From contig OX597814.1 in assembly GCA_951406725.2 (NCBI GenBank), forward strand, positions 165,664,001 to 165,728,000: a stretch of 64,000 nt of DNA, in the 5' to 3' direction. Numbering within the stretch: position 1 is the stretch's first letter; each line of letters opens with the position of its first letter. Below are positions 12,916 to 25,000 of the stretch, piece by piece. Under the pieces are notes generated by a model that worked only from the letters and a program-made list of their open reading frames with translations, was not told the origin of the DNA and did no database searches. The translations under genes were made by a program, and so were the position numbers. Origin of the DNA: Octopus vulgaris. Lineage: Eukaryota.

Positions 12916-14983
12916 AGTGCGTGCGCGTGTGAAAATCCCATTGTAGTTTAGTGCAACGGTTCTCAAACTTTTCAAAAACTTTTACGTGCCGGTGTCTTTA
13001 CAGTTTTTTCGATGACTTGCGGTCCCCTATAAAATGCAGGATAATTAATATGGAAAAAATTAAATTCGTGTACCGTATTTTCCGGATTATGAACCGCACT
13101 GCCCATAAACCCGCAACCCCGAAAACCCCAACTTAATCCACGCAATAGCCCATTGGGGTATAATAAATACACGTGAAAATATGAGGAACAAATTAGTCAA
13201 TAGGTTACAAAACAAATGAGATGCGAAAATATCCCGAGCATCATGTATTAATAACTACGTATAACCCATTTATGCCGGTTTGGCAGAAAGAAACCGCAGG
13301 TCATACATCGAAAATTACAATGGTTCTCGAGCTTTTGATATCACCTTCCTCTTTTGTCATGTTTTGTGATGCTATTCCTCTCCATCGGCAGGTCATTCCT
13401 CATACTGAATGTTCAAAAGGTGCATTTCAGCCAATTTAGCTATTTTCAGCAGAAGAATTGTACTAGCATCCCAAAATGTACAGAAGTTTCTGCCAGTTGA
13501 ACCACTAGTATGCACGGAAAACGACATTTTTAATAGAAACACTGTCTTCTCCTCCTCCCCTGAAGGTTTGCCATCCATTTTTCTGAATCCCTGATACATA
13601 ACATGACATTAAAAAATTAAATAAGAAATTATTTATTCACAAAAGCAGACCATCTGTCATTTTATTTACAGCAAAGTTTAGTATGATTGATGTACCTGCT
13701 TTGCTGTCACCAGCTCTTCCATGTTCGGCAGTATTTGTCAAAGTCATGAAGATTAGAAAAATAAGATATTTCTCTGCCAAGTATTGACACGTGTTCAATG
13801 ATATCATCATCGACTGGAAGCTCGTTTTCATCAATATACATATATAGTTGAAAAAATGATGCAGAGTTCTTTCTATATGACTTTGGATGCCAAAGTTCAA
13901 GCTTCTTTTTGAAAGCAGTTTTTCATGAGAATGAAGCATGGTTATATCTTTCCCTTGCAGTGAAAGACTGACGGCATTCACTGACCCGAATACGTCCACC
14001 AAAAATGCTAGGTAGATTAGAAAACGAACATCAGAGAATTTGGAGTGCAAATCTAGCTTGGCGTCATGTAAAAAATCGTGGATTTCTTTTCGTAAAAAGA
14101 AAAACCCTCTTTATTGTTTTCCCTCTCGAAAGCCATCTCTCCTGCGGGTGCAACAGAAGCATTTCGAATTCAGAATCACTTTCTTTGCATATCACGACAA
14201 AAAGACGGGAGTTGAGTGCTTTGATGAAGTTCACCGCTGTAATCACGTAATTCAGAACATTTTTTAACTCATCAGGCATGGTGCTTGTCGATGAATTGTA
14301 CAGTGTATACCAATAACACCTGGGGACTTTTCTCTCGCCAAAGTCTGAAAACCGGAACGGTAACCAAGCATCGCCGGAGCGCCGTCAGTGTACACGCTAA
14401 TGACATGCTCCCAATTGATATCATGCGCCTCAAAAACTTTGTCCACTTCGTTAAATATTTCCCTTGCTATTTTCATGATATTGACGACAAAATGTGCAGT
14501 CACGTACAAAACGACAGCTTTCAAATCCTGTTTCCTGACTGGGTGAAAATGATCAAACTTTAAACCTCTATAACTTTTTTAAAATATTTTTCTGCAAAAA
14601 AATAAAATAACTCCTGCAAATTCAGTTTGGACAAGTATATTATTGTGCCAATTTTTTTAATTTTCAGTAAACTTCAATTTTTGAAATGCTGGGAGCCAAA
14701 CCGTTAAGATCCGACAATAGCAAAGTTATAAGAATAAAAAAATGCTAAGGTTTCTTTTTTATTCATATAGGTGATTAATTTTACCACGATATATATACAC
14801 ATACATGCACACACACATACACGTACACACGCACGTACACATGCGCGTGTACATACACACACACATACTCGCTGCATCAAAACTACCAGAATCCTTAGTA
14901 AAGACAGCTAATGAAGGCTAAATTTTCGTGTTTTTCTTTTTATTCCATCAGTCGCGCATTTTTATCGTTTATGCCTTTTCTTT

Positions 14984-15047
<64 letters not shown>

Positions 15048-18000
15048 TCCTTAATATGATATTTTGTTTATCCTTGGTGTTAATTCACTAATATTTAGTT
15101 GATCGCCTTCAGTGCCTCTACGTATTTAGAAGTGTTGCCAATGGTGTTTAGCTCCAGATTATCCCTAATCCAGCTTGCCAATGGTCAGATATTCTAAACC
15201 ATTACCTCACAGTATTTTCAAACATAATTCAGCTTTGATAACATTATCCAAAATTCCATCATTTTATTCTGAGTGCGATTTGTCTATTATTTCTAACAGG
15301 TCAAGCAATCGACTAAAGGCTCCCTCAGTGGCTGATTACCAACATTAAGCTATTGGTTTTGTTTGTTATCTCTATGTTACAACCACTAATCACAGATAAT
15401 TTGTATGTTACATCTTATTTCCCCATTGCAGTGAAAATCAACTTCAAAAACAACATGATTTAGCAGTAGAAAAGCTGAATGGTTGGCGTAAACGGATTCT
15501 AGACAGTGTGAGTGGCTTATCTAAAAAGCTGAAAGAATTTGCAACTAAAGACAGAATGTCAGAAGCTCAACAGATTTTAGCAGAGATTCGTATCATTGAA
15601 AATCAATTGGAAGTTTTGAAAAAAGAGGTAGGACGTTTTGAAATTCATGCATTTCATTTACAAATATCATCGTTTAACGTCCGTTTTCCATGCTAGCATG
15701 GGTTGGACGGTTCGACCGGGGTCTGGGGAGCCAAGAGGCTGCACCAGGCTCCAGTCTGATCTGGCAGTGTTTCTACAGCTGGATGCCCTTCCTAACGCCA
15801 ACCACTCCGTGAGTGTAGTGGGTGCTTTTTATGTGCCAGGGGAGGCTGGCGACGGCCACGATCGGTTGGTGCTTTTTACGTGCCACTGGCACAGAAGCTA
15901 GTCAAGGGGCGCTGGCATCGGCCACGTTTGGATGGTGCTTTTTACGTGCCACCGGCACTTTGGTACTAGGTCAGCAATTTTGCGAGGACAATTTGTCAAT
16001 TGCATTGATTCCAGTGCTTCACTGGTGCTTATTTAGTCAATCCTGAAAGGATGAAAGGCAAAGTCGACCTTGGTATTATTTGAACTCCAAATATAAAGAG
16101 CTAGAGGAAATACTACTGCTATGTATTTTGTCCCATGTGGTAATGATCTGACAGTTCACTACTCTATTCACAAATAATATCAAGTGTTGTAACATAAGAC
16201 TGACTGACAGAAGGAGATAAGTTTCTGTGAATTGAATCCATGAACTGGTTTCAAATTGGGGTCCTTTACATTTTCAGTTTACAAACATCACAGAAGCCTA
16301 AGATGTCATGTCTGCATTTCTTTTCTTCACCTGCTCAGTTTCTAATGTTTTTTTAGAGTGGCGACTACTGCACTCTCTCATCATCATAAACAGGTTGTGA
16401 GAGAAAGAGATGAAAGAAAGAATAACATAAGCAAACTTCAAAATAATGTAATGAACAGATATTCCCTTATGTAGATGTATGCATGTAGGTAAACCACTTG
16501 GCTAAGATAACCACTAAATATTATGAATCCATTTAGTGTATTCAATTTGGCTAAAGCCATCTCATTCTCCTCTCCATGGATTTGAACTCAGTACTGAAAG
16601 CTAAGAAACTTCTTAATTTTACAGTGCTACCAATGTTTACTGTACTAAAATATACTACCTTCAAGTACAGACAAACTGATGAGCTGGATCTTTGTAAAGT
16701 GAAGTATCTTCATCCTGAACTCAGTGAACTCCAGTTATAGGATTTGAACCATTTCCTCTCCACCTTGTAGTCCGTCAAACTATGCCTCAACCAGTTATGT
16801 ATTGGTCAACTGTTCATGCTATGAACAGTTGGTCAATACTTTAGCCGTCTTGTAATTTCATTTTATATAAATATTGAGGTTTAGTCGATATTGTTGGTAC
16901 TTTTCACTCATGCTACTTTCATAATCATAACTATTAGAATTGGTAATTTAAAAAAAAATAAGGAAAAGGAAGGTTCACTTATATCTTTTTCTTTTTTTAC
17001 TTTCTGCATTGCAATCATCATCATCATTTAATATACTGACATGGGCTGAGTAGTTCGATAGGAGCCAGAAGGCTGTACCAAACACTAGTGCTTTTTATGT
17101 GGTGCTGGCATGGATGTTTCTTATATAGTGCTGGCACAGGTGCTTTTACGTGGCACCAGCACAGGTGCTTTTTATATGACACCAGCATGGATGCTTCTTA
17201 CATTGTGCTGGCATCAGTGCTTTTACGTGATGTCGGCATAGGTGCTTAGGCCTAATCTATAACTTGATTTAGCACCACCAACTAGTCATTCAATAGCTTT
17301 AGCAGAGATCGCTCTGTTACAAGTAATTCAATTAGATGTCTGGTTTGAAAATAACCCCATTAGTCTCAAAAACTTCGAGGGTTTCTCTTCCTCCTCAAAA
17401 TAAACTAACTAAAAAAAAAAAGAAACAATGATGGATAAGGGATTAGCATTTCAGCATTTTGGTTGAAAAATCATGAAGTTATATTCCATATCTAGGACAG
17501 TTTTCAGTAGATAAATCATAGAAGATAACTTCATAAGTTCCTCCAAAGCAGAGTTGATAAAAAACAAAAACAAAAGGAATCTGTGTAATGATGAAATGAA
17601 AATTAACCAGAAATTGACCAATCAGTGCCGACATTGTATCTTCCTTTAGAAGCTGTTGAATGAATGATTTGATTTGATTTCTTTTTATAAGTGCATTTAC
17701 ACACCTTTTTATTGTACCTAAAAACAAGGTTAAAAGCACACGTGTATGTGTGAATGAATCTACCTGATAGTATATCATAACAATTATTGTTTGTATATGA
17801 ATGACTCGTTTACAAAATATCCTTCCTCCTACTAACATGGAAGAAAGACTTCTTATGACAGTATGAAATTCTAACATTAACGCAAACTTCTTAGTCATAA
17901 TTATCATAAGTGAAACCGGCTGTCTACATAAATACACCCACACACACACACAAAGCATATAGTCCAACATAAAAGTTTTGTGTATTGTTCTTTTTAAATT

Positions 18001-19699
18001 TTTCACTATATATATGTTTATTGTATCAACTTCATACAATTAGAAACAGAATATTAATGAAGAAGAGATGATGCTGGGATTGGAAGAAATCAGTGAGTTT
18101 GAACAGGTGCAATTTCTAGCAACAGCAGTTGAACCTTATGAAAGGCTTTGGTCAAATGCTGTCAAACTACAAACACAATATGAATGTTGGATGAATGGGC
18201 CGTTGTTGAACGTCAATTCTGAAGAAGTGGACCAAGAGGTAATATTTTGTTTTCTATTATGGTTGACATCATGATGTCTTAATAAATTCACTATGAAGTG
18301 AGTTGATGACTTGGTTTCAGTTCTTAGTTGGAACACCTTTCAGTTTCCATTCATAAACTCCTAGTAAAAGATTTAAGCATCACAACTTTATTTCTCCTAC
18401 CCAGATAAACCTCAGGTATTATTTTCCATTTTACTATAAGTCTACACAGATGCAAGAATGCATGCAACCCTCCACGTACCACACACACCCATACAGCAAC
18501 AATAGCCAAACCAATTTTAATGCCTCCCTATATTGTCACTGCTAAGAATAGTACTCATATATCCATCAAGTGACACCGTTGGATTTAAAGACAGTAAGGA
18601 ATGATGCCTTCAATTGCAGGCATGGCTATGTTGTTATGAAGCTCATTTTGCAACAATGTAGTTTCAAGTTCAGTCCCACTGCACAGTACCTTAAGCAAGT
18701 GTCTTCTATGATAACCCAAGGCCAATCAATACCTTGTGAGAGGATTTGGAAAACAGAAAGTGAAAGAAGCTCATAATGTGTGTGTGTTTCTTCTGCTACT
18801 ACGACTTGATGACCAGTGTTAGTTTAAGTAACTCAGTGGTGTGGCAAAAGAGATTGACAGAATGAGTGCCAGACTTAAAAATAAGTACTGAAGAGAGACA
18901 ATTTTTTTTATGAAACCTTTCAAGGTAGTGTCCCAGCATGGCTACAGTCCAATGACTAAAACAAGCAAAAGATAAAAGATACACAACCTGAAAAAAATTT
19001 AGTATGGTCATAGCTGTTCTATCTTGGCATGCAGTTCTGGTGAACCAGTATTGACCTTATAATGAACATTAAAAAAAAACAAGCAACATTCTTTTCCCTA
19101 CTCTGAGAGTAAGAACAGCATGTGAAGGTTCTGTATGAAAGTCTAAAAAATGCCTGTGAGCTTGTCAGCACACCAGCTTGAATGTTACTTTCCCAAATTA
19201 GTCCTTACATTCACCAATCTTATTGAGATCTTATTCAAAAGACTAACCTTACTTTTCAAAATCAAAAAAGTACTTTCACATCTAACAGTTGCTAAACTTT
19301 TACAAAGGTTAAGTGAAATCCACTATGGAATACTGCTCCTACATCTGGGATAGTGATACTGCCTCTGCTACGAACATTTCTTGATCATTGATTGGCATGG
19401 AGTTGTTTCTACTTTTCAGGGGTGGCTAGCCTGGTAACACCTCCATCCAAGCCAACCCAATTCACTGATATCTTTCTGTCTTGTTACTCCAGTTGAGTCC
19501 GTTTATCACTTCTTCCAGTCCTTCCCCTTCAGATTTTGTTCCTTTGATACTTATCCACCACCACCATATTTTTCCTGCCATCATCAACTTGCAGTTTTTC
19601 AAGATAAATATCAAGTACATCAACATCACTGTTCTTGGTGGGAATACAAAAGATACAAAAGCTCTTCTTCCAAACTTCCCCACAAAAAATAAAATAGAC

Positions 19700-19784
<85 letters not shown>

Positions 19785-22003
19785 TATCTCCACGAATAGG
19801 AAATTTCCAGCTTTGTTAAAAATTGGCCAGTTACTTTCAAATATAATGGCCTATATGACGACAATGGTATCTCTAATTTACTATCAAGAACATTTACCCT
19901 TCTTTAATATCCATCAATATTTCTTCATCATCATGTTCACTTTTCCATGTTTGGATGGGGCTTACAGACTTTGCAGAGACAGATTTTCTATGGCCAGATG
20001 CTTTGCCTGTTGCCAACCTCAACCTATTTCCAAGCAAGGTAATATTTCCCTATGGCCAGACATGTTTTTACAGAATATTGGAAATGAATGACATTGCTTG
20101 TATGACAGTGACACACATTTACAGCTATTACAGAATACCAAGATAAGGAGACACAAATGTACACATACTGACTCTTACACACACACACTTATACATACAT
20201 ATATACATTGAGAGAGATAGATACACACACACAAACAGTGAATGTCTTTCAGTTTCCATCAACAAAATCAACTCATAAGGCTTTGGCTTTGGGCTATAGT
20301 AGAAAATGCCGACCCAAAGTGCCACACTGGGACTGAACCTGAAACTATATGGTTGGTAAGGAAATTTCTTAACCACAAAGACATGCCTACACCAATAAGA
20401 CCACACCTATGTCTATTGCCACACCTGCACCTATACCCATGCCTGGTAATAAAGTCTTCCTGAAGATTTTCAGCAGAATTTTTGACAGTTGGCCAAAGGG
20501 TCAACAGTTCAAATTTCGTCAATATTGCCAAACTGTCTCAATAGAAACTTACTCACCAGTTGTCTTTTGCACCTGTTGACCTCTCTAAATATGCTTTATC
20601 TTTCTCAAAGCTCACTTTACTATCTTAAAATGTAGAAGGCTATATAAAATAATATAGACAGGAAAACTTAATGATCAAGGCTGGAAAACCTTTGATCATA
20701 GTTCTGCTCATTTAGAGTCAACCTGAGAATAAATAACTTTTATACTCTTAACCCATTTTATCATAATGTCTACAATTGTAGTCCTTGTATCTTATCTACC
20801 ACAAAAATGGTTATTATCAACTAACAAGCTTAAATTGTGTTACATACACATAATTATAGAGCTATTCAATTCAGTTTTGGCAAGAAATTAGATTACTGTG
20901 ATAATTTAAGTATTCTTTTGCTTAGTTACAAAACTATTTTATAAACATGTATATTTTCTTATATGATGGAGTAAAAGCACTAGATTTGTTTAAGGTTACA
21001 GCACATTCTTTGACCCACATCATCCCAATGTTTACAAGTGTAGACCCTTTGAAAAAGCAGGGACACTTTAATCCAATGACATTGAAATTTCACCAATATC
21101 TAAATTTGATGAATATAGACTTGATTTCATAATTTCATAGGTTTTGATAGATTCAGTTACCTTGGGGTAATAAGGGTTTAAAGGTGCCTCTAGTGCTTGC
21201 TCAACTTACTAAAAATAATGAATAAATCTTTCTAAAATCACACCCTGCTGCCTTAGAAAAGAACAATTTGGATTGCAGTTCAGGACATGTAATCCTACAA
21301 GTACTATAATTGTGATAAAGCAGGATGGTCATAGCTGGTACACCTTTGATCTACTTGATCAACACTGACCTGAAACTATACAACAATAACTTACTACACT
21401 CATCTTGACCTTTACTAGTGTTACCTCAACTATGCCGCATCTACTAAGCTCAGTACAGAACATCATTTTATTGTTTTAATTGTATTAACACATTAACTGC
21501 CACATGTACTACTGGCAGTTCATCGCAAACTTCACAGCTGCCATATGCACTACCAGTGGTACATTTTTGTAATTTGAAAAAATATTTTATTCTGTATCTT
21601 TGATGTGATTTCAAGGATACTTAAATGATATGAGTGCTAAATATTAAAGTTTAATTATGAAATATTCTAAAAATGCAAAAAAAAAAAAAATAATAATTAC
21701 ATTTCCTTGTAATTATACAATATGCAGTATGACTGAAAATACATGGCATTATCAGTAAGTTCCAGTAATAGACTGTAGCAGTTAGCATATTCTTTTACTT
21801 GTTTCAGTCATTTGACTGTGGCCATGCTGGAGCACCGCCTTTAGTCGAGCAAATCGACCCCAGGACTTATTCTTTGTAAGCCTAGTACTTATTCTATTGG
21901 TCTCTTTTGCTGAACCGCTAAGTTATGGGGACATAAGCACACCAGCATCGGTTGTCAAGCGACATTGGGGGGGACAAACACAGATACACAAACACAAGCA
22001 CAA

Positions 22004-22050
<47 letters not shown>

Positions 22051-25000
22051 TATGACGGGCTTCTTTCAGTTTCTGTCTACCAAATCCACTCACAAGGCTT
22101 TGGTCGGCCCGAGGCTATAGTAGAAGACACTTGCCCAAGGTGCCACACAGTGCGACTGAACCTGAAACCATGTGGTTCGTAAGCAATCTACTTACCACAC
22201 AGCCACTTCTACGCCTATGTTAACAAGATTTCATTTTAAAATGTAAATTTCAAACATATCTCTTTCAGATTCAGACTTTATGGAGGATTGCTTACAAATT
22301 AACCCAAGTTTTTAATCACCCAGACAAGAAAGGACCATTTAAAGCTGCCAGAGCCATGAAAAACAGATTGGAGAAATTTAAAATAAATATACCACTCGTG
22401 AAGGCACTCTGTAACCCTGGTATAAAAACTAGGCACTGGAAGATGATGAGTGAAAAGGTAGCTCTTTATAAATATTATTCTGTCCCTCTAAGTTCTGAAT
22501 CAAAATCTCTGTGCAGTCAATTTTGCCTTTCAGTCCTCAGTGTTGATAAAATAAAGTACCCTTAAAGTAGTAAAGATGATTTAGTTTACTATAGTCTTTC
22601 TCAAAACACACTGCAGTTGATTGGAACTAACCAGAGAAATAGACAACAAATATAACAAACAATGAATAATAATTCATCTTTTTCTTTAGGTTGGCTTTGA
22701 TATCACACCACAGGAAGATACACCTTTATCTGAGATCTTGAAACTGGACCTTGAAAGGTACTTAGATGAACTGTCAGCCATAAGCTCTCAAGCTAATAAA
22801 GAATTTGCTTTAGAAAAGGTGAGTTCAGGGTTTAGTTTCAGATAAGCATGTAATAAGTAGTATTAATTGACATGTCTGAATTTGTAGTGTTTTAGTGGTA
22901 GTCTGAATTTGTGTATGATAATTTCAAGAAGATGGTTAATTAAAAAGAAACATTGCATTTGCCAGTAGCTTATAGAAAGGTTCCTGTGCTTGTTCTATTT
23001 TGTTTATGAAGTTTATCCTTCAACTCTTTAGCATTCAAACTGGTCATATCCGGCCTAAATATTCTACCATTTTTATGTTAAAATTGGCCAGATCTGGCTC
23101 CTCACACCTATCCTACAATGTCATTCTAAAAATAAGCAAGCACACCAGGAAAATCTCTTAGCTACAGGATAATGCATGATTGATACAAAATAATGTGAAT
23201 AAATAAGCATTACATTTGAAAGAGTAATCTGAATGCTACAAGATTAAAACAAAACAAAGAAATTGAAGCCTCTATGCTCCCTAGGGGCTGACCCTTTTAG
23301 TACCAGAGCTAATATGCAAGTGTGAAAGAACCTATGGAGACCTATGTGGGCTGAGAAAAATAATGAATACTTAATTTTTCAAAATTCATATGTATATAAA
23401 TTACTTTTAATTACCATTTTTATTGTTGGAATTTTACTTTTTTCATGAGTTTTTAAATTTTCTGCAGTAAACTATTTCTTTTTGTATGTGACAGCTGGTA
23501 TCCCACACCTATTCTGTGTAGATGTTCAACCTGCTTAAAACATTAGTCAAATTGCTTTCAAATTACATACGTTACATTCTACTGTCTTAAAAGGTCTAGA
23601 CAACTCAGGATTATGGGAGAAGATATTTGCTAAGGTACAACCTAGCCATACCTGCACCCATATGTTATTTCTACACTCATATGATATGGCTACAACCATA
23701 CTGCTATACTGCTGAATCATATATCCAGGATTGTTAAGTCTGAAAGCAATGGAATGTTATTTGACCATGAACTCATTAACAGAGATGTTTTGCAGAGCTA
23801 CAAAGATCTCTGGGCTAAAGCAAAACAGGAACCCATTTGCCAACAAGTAGCAAAATGTGAGTGGGTATGAATGGAAAATATAAGGACATTTGGGAGACTA
23901 GAAGAATGTTTAGTAAGGAAACCTTGGATTGGATTCCAGAGGAGAAAAGGAAGACAGGATGCCAGAAGATTATGTGGCAGAAATCAGCAGAAAAGGACTT
24001 GAAGATGACAGGTATAACAGAGAACCAAATATAAAGAAAAGCATGAGGCAAAGTATATTGGAAGAATCTATGGAGAGTCTATGTTCTGCAAGGAACACAA
24101 AGAGGCCCTGATGATGACATGTTTTTAAGTAATAGATAAGTTTCTCAAAATTCTGTTTTTGCTAATCCATAATGTAGTTATCATATCTCCACTAATTCTG
24201 GTGATATCTTCAATAAGTGTACCAATGATTAAATTATCTTAAACTTAACACTCTTAAACAAGTTTCTGTATGTGGTTTTCAGGCATTATCTAAAATGAAG
24301 GATGACTGGGAAAACATGGCATTCAACTTCAGTCCTTACAAGGACACGGAACTGTTTATACTATCAGCTTTTGATGACATCCAGGCTCTTCTTGATGATC
24401 ATATTGTTAAAACTACAACAATGAAAGGTTCAGCATTTGTTGGACCTTTTGAAAAGGAGATTAAGGAATGGGGTTATAATCTTGTGAGTATCTCACCATC
24501 TCTTTATCTTACTTTCATCAATGTTTCTTTTCTTTATACCTCTTTTCTTTATATTATTTCCTTATTTGTGTTTCTCTATTTCATACCATTCCACTACAAC
24601 AGTCAGGACATTATTTCTGTTTTCAGAGGATATCATCAAGGAAACTAATGATAAAGATTTATGAAAAAATTTTTATGCAAGCAATAAAACGAATTAAAGA
24701 TGCACTGGAAAGAGTTAAGCATAGTTATTTCATTAGAGTTTGAGAAAAAAATCATGTTTAAATGTGTTTAAGGAAAGCTGTTGGATAGAAGGTGAAACAG
24801 TATCAATCTATAATAGCCTTCTACAAATGAGACAGTAAGAGGAATATGAATAAGTTGATGCAGGGGATATTCAAGATTTATTGATTGCTGATAATACCTT
24901 CATCTACAATGACCTTAAGGGGTTAACAGAACTGCAAATATCTCCTTCAGATAGCAAGAGAATGCTCCTTTACATTAGTTTTAATAGCAGAGTTCTTAAA

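Noticed and set aside
17090-17245. Short repeats GGTGCTTTTACGTGGCACCAGCA resembling a CRISPR-like array
   Set aside because: Eukaryotic context, no unique spacers; internal minisatellite of the RTE-associated repeat
17479-18039. Longest ORF in the track (186 aa, minus strand)
   Set aside because: AT-rich intronic composition, no recognisable domain or splice context
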